A stretch of DNA of 38,013 nucleotides, from the IMG/VR virus record IMGVR_UViG_3300026258_000307, positions 1 through 38,013 of that record, one strand, 5' to 3'. The notes below the pieces were generated by a model. The model saw only the letters and a list, made by a program, of their open reading frames with translations. It made no database searches and was not told the origin of the DNA. Shown here piece by piece: positions 26,107 through 35,636 of the stretch; within the stretch, counting starts at the first letter, position 1; every line of letters starts with the position of its first letter. The position numbers and the translations under genes were made by a program. The stretch comes from a virus. Its lineage: Duplodnaviria; Caudoviricetes.

Positions 26107-28307
26107 TATGTTATATCCCTAAATCTTAGATATTTATCGTTGCTTCTCTCCACGGTTATAACATCTCCGTCTGCCGGCACCGATGCTATGTTGAAAACAA
26201 TGGTCGTTTTTTGATTACCAACATCATGCGTAAGATGATAGTCTAATCCTCCTTCATCATCCCTTGTCTTGGTTGTTGTGCCAACTTTTACCAAAATATC
26301 TTCTTCATGCACTATTTCGTCTAGGGCAAAAGATAATGTAGACCCATCACCTGTAAATGTTGATGGTGAAACTTTGCTTGTTGATACAGAATATCTGTCT
26401 ATTATAAACAGTATTTTTTTGAAATCTAAGTTTAAATCTTCTATCCTCTTCTTTAATTTTCCAGATGTGCCCGGTTTACAATACAATATTGGCACTGCTT
26501 TTATGTAACCCAGCGGACCTTGTGAGCCAGCCTGTTCTGTCTTCATCCATAACGGTAGGTAAGTCCATTCGTCATGACCCAATGCTTTGATCCTGTCTCT
26601 CATGTTTTCAACTGCATTTGGCCTTATTGTTGTTGCCCCTGTTTCTATCCCGTCATTGTTAACAAATCTATCAACAATATCTAAATAGACAACTTCGTAG
26701 ATCACTGTGCCATTCTGTTTTGCAACCGCTGTTTTCAAATCACCAAAATATAATGTCACAGGTGCATGATTAGATTCCATTTGATTCTGATACGTTGTCA
26801 GTGTCTGTGTTTCCACTCCAGCAATCATCAACATCTTAGGCGTAAGTTTCATGCCGAAGTTTGCGTCCTCTGGTCTGTAAATCTCTTCTGGAGAATTAAT
26901 ATTTGGATCTTGTGCTATATTGTAGAATATATTTTCGTCTATAAAAGAAGTTGCCTGTCCTTCAAAGGATCCATATTCAATTGATGTGTATGGTATGTCA
27001 ACAAGCACTGTGAATGTTTTTGTTGCGGCCAGTTCTTCATACTGATCACTTACAGTCACAGTGAAAGTATAGGATCTAGTAGAATCTGTAAAGTCACTTG
27101 ACCTGATTGTTCCAACCAGATTGCCTAGGGGAGAAAGTGTAATGCCCGGTGGTAGGCTTCCTGATGCTAATTTGTAAAACAGAACTCTGTTCGGCTGTTC
27201 AGGATCTGCCTGTATGTTCAGTGTGCTTGGAATATCGGCATGTAAAGTTCCAACGTTTTCGTCTGTTGTGAATTGGATACCTATGTCTATGTCTCCCAAC
27301 ACTGTCATTGTGAATGATTTGTCTGTGAAAACCTGTTGTCCTGTGTCCATGGTTCTTGTTGCTCTCATGGTAAAGACGAAATCTGTTTGTACTTCTCCCT
27401 GCCTTGGAAGGAAACCAAAAATTTCTCCTGAATTTGAATCTATCTGTAGTCCTGTTGGCAATGTGCCGTCCTGCAATGAGTAGACGAAAGCATTTCCTGT
27501 TGAGTCAGCGTCTTCTATGTCTATTTTGATAACCACTTGGTTGTCGTGTCTGAATGTTCCTAGTGCTGTGTTAGTCAAGAACACAGGTCTTCTTTGAGAT
27601 GAAAGGTCCATTGTGATTGGGAAATTGTTTATTTCCGTCATGTCCGCTGTGATATTAGGATTGTTCACGTTCCAATAGGCCGCCGAGTACACAAATATAT
27701 GATTTTCTTGTGTTGTAACCGAAGTTCCGTCACTCACTCTACAAGTGATAGGAAATGTCATTGCAATCTGTCTTGTCGAATCTTCAAAGTAGTCGTCAGT
27801 GAGCCTGCATATTCCTGTCAATTCTCCTGCTTCGCTCAAAGATAATCCAGGTGGCAATATTCCTGACTGTATTTCAAATCTCATATCTCTTCCAACTGCT
27901 CGGTCACCGTCTGTTGCATGGAATTGGAAGTCTACACGTTCTCCGTCCAACACCCAATACAGTCCTACTCTAGTTGAGTCTGCAAGTTGTAACTGTCCAG
28001 CCGCAGTTGTGAATACTGGATTGTCTTGTCCCTCGATGTCTAATGAAAAAGTTCTGTCTGTTATGGTACTGCCGGCCGTGGCTCGCACGACGAAGGTGTA
28101 AAGAGTTCTTTTGGCAACCTCAGCCGGAGTACCTGTAAGTAAGCCTGTGGAAGTCAGAGACATTCCAGTTGGTAGGCTTCCTGCGATTATGGAGTAAGTG
28201 ATGGCCGTTGAGTCACTAGTATTCGCCTCAAGTTGAAGTGAATACGTGCTGTCTTCGGCGAATGTCGCCAATTTACCTTCTGTGGTTGTCCACACCGGTG
28301 TTGCCAT
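26106..28307 (-). CDS. Putative baseplate protein with repeated Ig/cadherin-like domains (733 aa)
   Basis: Four GxLPxGxxL...G.L.G repeats followed by YTFTV-type strands; AGGAG SD and TAAATA upstream. Confidence 0.75.
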   Translation of the reverse strand: MATPVWTTTEGKLATFAEDSTYSLQLEANTSDSTAITYSIIAGSLPTGMSLTSTGLLTGTPAEVAKRTLYTFVVRATAGSTITDRTFSLDIEGQDNPVFTTAAGQLQLADSTRVGLYWVLDGERVDFQFHATDGDRAVGRDMRFEIQSGILPPGLSLSEAGELTGICRLTDDYFEDSTRQIAMTFPITCRVSDGTSVTTQENHIFVYSAAYWNVNNPNITADMTEINNFPITMDLSSQRRPVFLTNTALGTFRHDNQVVIKIDIEDADSTGNAFVYSLQDGTLPTGLQIDSNSGEIFGFLPRQGEVQTDFVFTMRATRTMDTGQQVFTDKSFTMTVLGDIDIGIQFTTDENVGTLHADIPSTLNIQADPEQPNRVLFYKLASGSLPPGITLSPLGNLVGTIRSSDFTDSTRSYTFTVTVSDQYEELAATKTFTVLVDIPYTSIEYGSFEGQATSFIDENIFYNIAQDPNINSPEEIYRPEDANFGMKLTPKMLMIAGVETQTLTTYQNQMESNHAPVTLYFGDLKTAVAKQNGTVIYEVVYLDIVDRFVNNDGIETGATTIRPNAVENMRDRIKALGHDEWTYLPLWMKTEQAGSQGPLGYIKAVPILYCKPGTSGKLKKRIEDLNLDFKKILFIIDRYSVSTSKVSPSTFTGDGSTLSFALDEIVHEEDILVKVGTTTKTRDDEGGLDYHLTHDVGNQKTTIVFNIASVPADGDVITVERSNDKYLRFRDIT

Positions 28308-28328
28308 TAACTTTACTCCTTACAAGGG

Positions 28329-28334
28329 TATTTA
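28329..28334 (-). promoter_or_regulatory. Late promoter core TAAATA
   Basis: Intergenic, upstream of the SD-led gene at 28307. Confidence 0.7.
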
Positions 28335-28341
28335 TTGGATA

Positions 28342-28500
28342 TCAGTGGTGATTATTCTGTGTACGAATCCAGTGTTCTAGGTGCTGTTGGAGGTCTTCAC
28401 GCTTGATCTTGTCTGATTCACGCTTGATGGCTTCCTTCAAACGATTAATCTCAGATCGGGGAGATTTATACTGTCTCTGGTACCTGGTGTATTTCCTCAT
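28342..28500 (-). CDS. Small basic protein (52 aa; not in ORF track)
   Basis: Manual translation MRKYTRYQRQYKSPRSEINRLKEAIKRESDKIKREDLQQHLEHWIRTQNNHH; fills the gap between structural genes. Confidence 0.65.
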   Translation of the reverse strand: MRKYTRYQRQYKSPRSEINRLKEAIKRESDKIKREDLQQHLEHWIRTQNNHH

Positions 28501-28525
28501 AGATGTGTGTTGTGTCTAAATTATA

Positions 28526-29893
28526 TTAAACGTTTATTTTACATGCCTGGGTTTTGAATGTCACAGATCCAGGAGAGATGTTTGTGGCTCTCAATCTAAC
28601 ATTATTTCCATCAATATCAACACTGTAAGTGGCCACAGCACCTCCGCTGTAAGTTGATATAGATCCAAACGTGGCGATGTATGCGTTTGACCCATCATGT
28701 GTGACGTTGGCCTCAACCATCTCGTGTCTACCGTTTGTGGCATCAACCGCGGATATAAAAAACTTGGCACTTCTGTCAACAGTTTTGTTAAATGAAGAAA
28801 TTGTGTCAGTTTGTGAACTTGCTATGTCCTTCGTTGTATCAGAAATAGCCGAGTGGGTTAAAGCCGCACCCGCAGTCGCGAATGACAATGTGCCCGAACC
28901 GTCTGTTGTCAAGAACTGTCCTGCTGTTCCGTCCGTGGTTGGGAACACGAATCCGCTGATTGATACACCGCCTGTGCCACTACCTGATAATTCAAGGTCA
29001 GCATTAGACTCGGTGGTTGTTACAGTGTTGTCTCGTATTGTGATTCCATCTATTACCGCCGAAGTGGTTGCAGTAAGTGTGGTGAAAGTTCCTGCCAATG
29101 GTGTCGAGGCACCTATCACTGTGTTGTCAATGGTTCCGCCATTGATGTCCGCTTTGGACATCACAACAGATCCTGTTCCTGCCGGTTCTATTGTTAAGTC
29201 AGAGTTGGATTGTGTTGTTGTAATTTTGTTGTCTGTTATCTTAATGTTCCCATCAACGGTAAGGGTGTTAAGAACTACACTTCCTGTTCCACCTGGTGTA
29301 AGGTTTAGGTCAGCGTTTGAAGATGTGCCAATGATGTTGTCATTAAAAGTAAGATTGTCTATTGTAGTTGTACCAACTAAACTAGTTGTGCCAGTAACAT
29401 TCAAAGTTGACAGTGTTGTCAATCCAGATGGAACAGCCAATGTTGATGAAACCGAAGTTGCACCTGTCAGAGTTGATGTCCCTTCAACAGTCAGTGTGCC
29501 GTCAACAATAAGTCCATCATTAATATTAATAATAGAAGAATCATCTGAACTTAAAGTTGTTCCATTAATCTTGATTGCGCCAAAAACCACAGATCCTGTG
29601 CCCGATGGAATCAAATTAATATTCTCGTTTGATCTTGTGCCTTCTATGTTGTTGTCGTTGAATCGGAATGCTGGAAAATTCACTGATCCAGCACCTGCAG
29701 GTCCAAAAATCAAGTCATCATTACTTCTGATTGTTTTAATCGAGTTTCCACTTATGAGGATGGCGTCAGATGATATACCAGGAGCCGTGTAGACTTCTGT
29801 GAAGTTCTCATTGATCTTACGCATCGCCTCACGTAAAGTATCACCTGTACCGTCGTTTGCGTTAGATCCTCTGTTTATTACCTGTTGTGCCAT
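28526..29893 (-). CDS. Tail fibre/baseplate-attached protein (455 aa)
   Basis: N-terminal NDGTGDTLREAMRKINENFTEVY (T4 gp9/gp10-like start); repeated DN.I.T..SNADL.L.P.GTG.V units. Confidence 0.8.
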   Translation of the reverse strand: MAQQVINRGSNANDGTGDTLREAMRKINENFTEVYTAPGISSDAILISGNSIKTIRSNDDLIFGPAGAGSVNFPAFRFNDNNIEGTRSNENINLIPSGTGSVVFGAIKINGTTLSSDDSSIININDGLIVDGTLTVEGTSTLTGATSVSSTLAVPSGLTTLSTLNVTGTTSLVGTTTIDNLTFNDNIIGTSSNADLNLTPGGTGSVVLNTLTVDGNIKITDNKITTTQSNSDLTIEPAGTGSVVMSKADINGGTIDNTVIGASTPLAGTFTTLTATTSAVIDGITIRDNTVTTTESNADLELSGSGTGGVSISGFVFPTTDGTAGQFLTTDGSGTLSFATAGAALTHSAISDTTKDIASSQTDTISSFNKTVDRSAKFFISAVDATNGRHEMVEANVTHDGSNAYIATFGSISTYSGGAVATYSVDIDGNNVRLRATNISPGSVTFKTQACKINV

Positions 29894-29894
29894 A

Positions 29895-32800
29895 TTAAAC
29901 CTTCATTAACCTTCTCACCACTGTTACAGTGTGCGTGTTAGTATTACTTATCGTACCTCTCAACCTGACATTGTCTCCAACTACGTCGGCAGTGATATCC
30001 ACCATGTCGCCTGTGTGGTTAGTCACCCTACCAAATGTTGACAAATAAACGTTTGTGCCGTCATGTGTCAGGTTGGCATCCAGTGTTTCATATAAACCTA
30101 GAGAACCGCTGGCAGGATCACTGATTGAAATCTGATATTTTGCACTTCTGAATTCTGTTTTGTCAAATGAGTCCAGTGTTGCAATGGAACTAGGTGCCCC
30201 GGCCGCCCTTGCAAGGTGTACCCTGTACATGTTGACAGTGGTATCTGTGTTCTGTTGATTGTTCTCTGCCCGAAGTTCAACGTTGCCGCTGTTCATGGCC
30301 GCGGTGAATTTCATCAGAGGCGTAGTTGTGGAATGTGTGCTGATGTTTGCCACGTCATCTACGATGTAGGCATCCGCGCCATCTGATGTTACCATCAGTT
30401 CTGCTATCTGTGATTCATTCGCCGCATTTTTTCCAACAACAACATAGTTGGCAAGTTGATATGTGCTCTGTGCGAAACTGTCTAACACGTCATAAGCAAA
30501 ACTTGTTCCTCGTAGCATGTGTATTCTGAATGCATTGACAATGGTGCTTCCGCCTGCTGATGAGGCCGCACTCAATGTCACAGTGTTTGATCCATCATGT
30601 GCCGCCGAAAGTGTGATCATTGGAGTCGACTTGGATGACACGTGGTTGGCGTGTGACACAAAGGCCTCCGCACCGTTGGTGATCACAGACGCTTCTTGTA
30701 TCTCCGAAGTGCCTTCGGATGCGTTATGAGCCACGATCACATAGTGGGCACCTGTTTGACTCGTGTCTTGGAAAGTGTCTATTGGAGTGGCCGAACTTGA
30801 TACTGTCGCTGTGTCAATCAATTTAGAGTCAGCACCTTCGGCATTGTTTTCAGTGTCCGCCAATCGTATCCTGTAGAATTTTACTTTGACGTCAGGTATA
30901 TTACCCGCACACCTCAATCTTAGATTGCCTCCAGATATGTCCGCAGTCAGTGTCACCAGTGAAACGTGTGAGAAGTGTTCGTTGAATGCAGTTATGTAGG
31001 CATCTGTGCCATCGTGCACCACAAGACATTCTATGTTGCTTGTGAAACCGGAAACAGTTTCTTTGGCAGAGATGTAATATTTTGCTCCCCTGTAACTCGA
31101 AGTTGCCCATGAGTCGAGGTTGTCAGTTTGTCCAACAGGTGCCTTCATGTGTACCCTGTATGCGGCAACCTTGGTCGAACCACCAGATGTTGAGGATGCC
31201 GACAGTGTCACAGTTGAAGAACCGTCATGTGCCGCTGTAAGATCAAGTTGGTTTGTTCCTTTCGTACTCACGTATGGTCCAGATGAAACAAAAGCACCTG
31301 TGCCATTTGTTATGACATTGGCTTCCTGTATCGATGCCGCCCCTTCAGTGGAGTTATATCCAATTATCACGTAGTGTGCACCGTCCACTTCCGTGTCTAC
31401 GAATGTGTCAACTGCCGTTGAAGAACTCGATGCTACCACACCGCCTATCACTTTGGTGTTAGTGAATGTTTGTGTTGATGGTTCATCATTTAAAATTACT
31501 TTATAGAAAGTTATCCTTGTGTTGTCCTGTGCCACCACCACTCTCAATCTGAGAAGACCACCACTTATATCTGCTGTGAGATTTCCATTGATCAAACTTG
31601 CACTGCCACTGTGGTGTTCATTGTATGAATTTATGAATGCGTTGGTGCCATCATGTACGACCAAGGCCTCAATGTTGCTTACCTCGTTGCTGTCTAGGTT
31701 GTTTAGTGATATGAAATATTTCGCACCTCTGAAATCTGCGATTTGAAAACTGTCAATGGTTGCAGTTGAACTTGTTGGTGCTTTCAATCTGATTGCGAAA
31801 GCCTGCACAGTAGATGCTCCTGAAGTTGAACTTGCCTTGACACTTACTATCCCAGAAGATATTGTTGCAGATATCTCCAACATGTCTGTGCCTTTAGAAC
31901 TAACATTTGGACCTTGTTGCACAAAAACATTTGTGCCGTCTGTTACTACCACTGCCTCACAAATGAAATTTTCAGTTGAACCTTTTTGACCAGTGATCAC
32001 GTAGTGTACAGCATCAGTGACACTGGCTTGGAATGCATCAAATTCAGTTGCAGTACTTGACACGATGGTGTTACCTATTATTTTCCTTGTGCTGTCACTG
32101 TTTGCCTCCTCGACTTCAGAGTCTCCAAATGCAACTACCCTGTTTACTATTACTTTTGTGCTATCGCCCGCTGTGGCCGATCCTCTTAATCGTAAAGAAG
32201 TTCCATTTATGTCTGCTGTTAGATTGATAAGGCTGTTATTGCCTGTAAAAAATTCGTTGTAGGTCGTAATGTATGCATTTGTGCCGTCATGTGTAACCAA
32301 TGCTTCGATGTTTCCTGTTTCTCCTGTTGCCTGATTAACAACCGTGATGAAATATTTGGCTCCATTGTGTGGTCCGTGTGTGAATGCATTAAGAGTGGTC
32401 TCCGTACTGTCTATGATACTCGTGTTAACAATGTCATTTACTAAACCTAATTCTCCAGCGAACCCTGTGCCTGTGCCATCACCAAGTCCAATTCTGTAAT
32501 ATGCCATTGTGTTGTTGGCCGAAACACTACTGCCATCTGAGTCTGTTGATCTCAATCTTATTTTGCTTGTACTGTCACCAGCGGACACCATGTCAGTGGT
32601 GTAAATTGGATGTTGGTCCGCTTCATCTGTGCTTACTATTGACGAACTCGTCATGAATGAATCTTGTAAGTTGTGGCAAAGCGATATCTTCTGTGTCTCG
32701 AAACTGCCATTTGCAACGTCATGATTTATAACATAGAATAAAGCGCCATCATACGTGCCTGCTGTGAACTCTGCACACGTGGTTGTGCCTGATGCTGATA

Positions 32801-35624
32801 GTGTGGCATGATTTCCTTCTGCCGCAACAGCATTCACTGTTGTTTCTTGTATTCCTCCAACAGTCAAAGTATCTGTGTCTGCCTTGCCGTCACCACTCGT
32901 GTACCCAGAAGAGTCATTGTCACCCAATCCGATCCTGTAGTAGGCCAGTGTGTTGGAGTTCGATTTTGAAGAGTCATCTAGTCTTCCACCATTACCTAGC
33001 AATCTCACATCACTTCCACTGACGTCTGCGTCTGTCTCTAGGTGATTGTGACTTAGGTCAGTCCGCGTGATCGAAGATGACGTTATGAATGCATCTGAAT
33101 TGTTGTGCATCACTGAATATTTGAAAGTGGCCAGTCCGGAGTTTTCTATGTCATTTGAAACTCCCAAATACCATGCACTGTCGTAGGCAGATTTGTCAAA
33201 ATCTGCAAGTGTTCTTTGTGTGCTTAATATGGAAGTACATGTTCCTGTCGCTGTGATGGTGTCTACCCTTGTCTCATTGGCACCACCAAACGTGACTCCT
33301 GCATTTAATCCAATTTTTCCAGTTGTGCCAGTTGAAGTGTTGTCTCCTAGGCCTATCGCATAATATGAAATTGCATTTTGTATCGCTGTTGATCCATCAG
33401 TAACACCAGTTGCTTTCAATTCTATGTTGGAACCATTGACTCCAACATCAAATGCAGTGATGTCATTCATTGCACCTGTTTTCACCACATGTGAATCTGA
33501 AACAAATGCATCACGTGTGCTTCCATCGGAGGTGATCCCGTGGTGAACTGACAATTTGTTTATTTTGAATTCATTGTTGGTTATATCCTTCTGTACCATG
33601 TGATAGAACACACTGTCGTAATCGGATTGAGCAACGGTGTTGATGACTTTTTGAGTGGTCATGTCAGGATTGACGTCACCTCTGAAACTGTTTGTGTCTA
33701 TCGTTGTTGATGCTGTGTTGCTGACTGTCTGTGCACCAATAACCTTTTCATAACTGTTGATTGTTGAGTCCGATTCGTTGTCTGCAAGAAGAACTCTGTA
33801 CATTGTGCATCTACAAGTTCCTGCTGTACCATTGGAACCTCTCACTATTACATCACCTCCAAAAATAACTGCTGAAAATGTCACCAATTCGGTGTTGCCG
33901 GAATTGGTTGATAATTTATTGTATTCGGTAATAAATGCGTCAGAGCCGTTGTGTACCACAAGCAGTTCAGCGTTCATTACTTCGTTTGTTGTTGTGTTGT
34001 TCACTGACACATAATACTTTGCTCCCCTGTAACTCGAAGTTGCCCATGTGTCTATTGTTGTAGTTGCACTCTCAACGTCTGCTATGACTTTTGTGGCCAC
34101 GGGCCCATCTGAGTATCCTGATGAATCATTATCTCCCAAACCAAGCCTATAAAAAGTCAATGCATTGAACGTGGATTTAGTCGAACCGTCTGCCAGTGTG
34201 CCTGCCTGTCCTTTGAATCTTACTTTTCCTACTGACGTTCTTATATCAGTATTTGTGGAAATTATTTGATCGTCGTTATTTGTTTTAATAATTTGCGTTG
34301 TCCCATCAAAGGTATCAAATGTGCTACCATCATCAGTCCCTTGGGCAATGGTTGTCTTGAATCCTGCATACTCGATTGAACTGTCAGCGGCGTCATATCT
34401 CTGCAAACAAAGATACCATGCACTGTCATACTTTGCTTGATCCCACTCGTCTAGCAAACTGTCTGAGCCTGCACCTATATTTTCGTGAGCACCAACGGCT
34501 GTGTTTGCATCTATTTCAGTGAGTGATGAAAATCCAATCGTGTTCTTTGAGTCCTGGATGTCCGACTGTCCAAGCAAGATCGGACTGGTAACCCAACTGA
34601 TTACTTTGCTACCATTCGTGCTTAGAAGTTGTCCTGAGTTACCATCTGCATTTGGTAACTTGAAATCCTTAAGGTAAACATATCCATTTCCATTTGCCTG
34701 CATTTCCAGGTTGGCATTTGACTCGATGGCTTTTATTTCATTATGTGCAATTTTCACTCCTGTGGTCGAAAGGGTACCATCTGCCGCAGGATCGAATGTA
34801 AGTGTTGTGAAATTTCCCGCCGCTGGTGTTGTTGCACCAATCACTGTGTTGTCTACCTCATTAGGAGTGCCACCACCATTAATGTCTATTTTTGAAATCT
34901 TCACAGATCCTGTGCCATTAGCGGCAAGATCAAAATTACTGTTGGTGGTTGTAACCCTTAAAATTTCAGCGTCCATTTCCAGATTGGAGTCAACTGTCAG
35001 TTTAGACACATTGACCACCCCTGTCCCGCCCGGCGTCAAAATAAGATCTGCGTTTGAACTGGTAGAAATTATGTTGTCATTGAAACTGAGATTGTCTACG
35101 GTTGTTGTACCAACGAACGATGATGCACCTGACACAGTCAAAGTTGAAAGCGTCGTTTCATCAGTGACATTCAATGTTGAATTGATTGTGACTGCACCTT
35201 GTAAATCCGTCCCTTGTGCAGTCATGGTGCCATCCACGTTTACATTCTCATTGATGTTAACAATAGATGAATCCGTCCCGTGTATGCTAGTTCCAGAAAA
35301 TCCTATGCCGTCTATGACCAATAACCCAGATCCATTTGGCACAATCCTGATGTCACCGTTTGTGTTAAGATTAGAAATGTTGTTGTCATTGATCTTGAAG
35401 TCTCCCATTATGACACTGCCTGTGCCTGACACTCCTAAATCAATACTTGCATTGGAAGATAGTGTTGCAATTTTGTTGTCTTGGAATCGTATGTCAGATT
35501 TTACAGGAGGAAATTCGAATACTTCTGTAAAGTTATCATTGATCTTTACTGCGGCAGTTCTGATGCTATCACCTGTTCCGTCTGCTCCGCCCAGTGTACC
35601 GAGATCAATTGTCTTCTGTGCCAT
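29895..35624 (-). CDS. Large repetitive tail fibre-like protein (1909 aa)
   Basis: Same N-terminal motif (DGTGDSIRTAAVKINDNFTEV), SNADL/GTG units, then about 13 tandem domains of roughly 100-130 aa. Confidence 0.82.
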   Translation of the reverse strand: MAQKTIDLGTLGGADGTGDSIRTAAVKINDNFTEVFEFPPVKSDIRFQDNKIATLSSNASIDLGVSGTGSVIMGDFKINDNNISNLNTNGDIRIVPNGSGLLVIDGIGFSGTSIHGTDSSIVNINENVNVDGTMTAQGTDLQGAVTINSTLNVTDETTLSTLTVSGASSFVGTTTVDNLSFNDNIISTSSNADLILTPGGTGVVNVSKLTVDSNLEMDAEILRVTTTNSNFDLAANGTGSVKISKIDINGGGTPNEVDNTVIGATTPAAGNFTTLTFDPAADGTLSTTGVKIAHNEIKAIESNANLEMQANGNGYVYLKDFKLPNADGNSGQLLSTNGSKVISWVTSPILLGQSDIQDSKNTIGFSSLTEIDANTAVGAHENIGAGSDSLLDEWDQAKYDSAWYLCLQRYDAADSSIEYAGFKTTIAQGTDDGSTFDTFDGTTQIIKTNNDDQIISTNTDIRTSVGKVRFKGQAGTLADGSTKSTFNALTFYRLGLGDNDSSGYSDGPVATKVIADVESATTTIDTWATSSYRGAKYYVSVNNTTTNEVMNAELLVVHNGSDAFITEYNKLSTNSGNTELVTFSAVIFGGDVIVRGSNGTAGTCRCTMYRVLLADNESDSTINSYEKVIGAQTVSNTASTTIDTNSFRGDVNPDMTTQKVINTVAQSDYDSVFYHMVQKDITNNEFKINKLSVHHGITSDGSTRDAFVSDSHVVKTGAMNDITAFDVGVNGSNIELKATGVTDGSTAIQNAISYYAIGLGDNTSTGTTGKIGLNAGVTFGGANETRVDTITATGTCTSILSTQRTLADFDKSAYDSAWYLGVSNDIENSGLATFKYSVMHNNSDAFITSSSITRTDLSHNHLETDADVSGSDVRLLGNGGRLDDSSKSNSNTLAYYRIGLGDNDSSGYTSGDGKADTDTLTVGGIQETTVNAVAAEGNHATLSASGTTTCAEFTAGTYDGALFYVINHDVANGSFETQKISLCHNLQDSFMTSSSIVSTDEADQHPIYTTDMVSAGDSTSKIRLRSTDSDGSSVSANNTMAYYRIGLGDGTGTGFAGELGLVNDIVNTSIIDSTETTLNAFTHGPHNGAKYFITVVNQATGETGNIEALVTHDGTNAYITTYNEFFTGNNSLINLTADINGTSLRLRGSATAGDSTKVIVNRVVAFGDSEVEEANSDSTRKIIGNTIVSSTATEFDAFQASVTDAVHYVITGQKGSTENFICEAVVVTDGTNVFVQQGPNVSSKGTDMLEISATISSGIVSVKASSTSGASTVQAFAIRLKAPTSSTATIDSFQIADFRGAKYFISLNNLDSNEVSNIEALVVHDGTNAFINSYNEHHSGSASLINGNLTADISGGLLRLRVVVAQDNTRITFYKVILNDEPSTQTFTNTKVIGGVVASSSSTAVDTFVDTEVDGAHYVIIGYNSTEGAASIQEANVITNGTGAFVSSGPYVSTKGTNQLDLTAAHDGSSTVTLSASSTSGGSTKVAAYRVHMKAPVGQTDNLDSWATSSYRGAKYYISAKETVSGFTSNIECLVVHDGTDAYITAFNEHFSHVSLVTLTADISGGNLRLRCAGNIPDVKVKFYRIRLADTENNAEGADSKLIDTATVSSSATPIDTFQDTSQTGAHYVIVAHNASEGTSEIQEASVITNGAEAFVSHANHVSSKSTPMITLSAAHDGSNTVTLSAASSAGGSTIVNAFRIHMLRGTSFAYDVLDSFAQSTYQLANYVVVGKNAANESQIAELMVTSDGADAYIVDDVANISTHSTTTPLMKFTAAMNSGNVELRAENNQQNTDTTVNMYRVHLARAAGAPSSIATLDSFDKTEFRSAKYQISISDPASGSLGLYETLDANLTHDGTNVYLSTFGRVTNHTGDMVDITADVVGDNVRLRGTISNTNTHTVTVVRRLMKV
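31081..31111. repeat. 31-bp exact direct repeat, copy 1
   Basis: TTTGCTCCCCTGTAACTCGAAGTTGCCCATG, identical to 34018-34048 (encodes WATSSYRGAK). Confidence 0.85.
34018..34048. repeat. 31-bp exact direct repeat, copy 2
   Basis: Identical to 31081-31111. Confidence 0.85.
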
Positions 35625-35636
35625 AGAGATCTCCTA

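Noticed and set aside
28671-29792. 373-aa plus-strand ORF (also 34711..35640 and 36346..36807)
   Set aside because: Antisense shadows of Thr/Ser/Gly/Asp-rich tail genes; no start signals or recognisable motifs.
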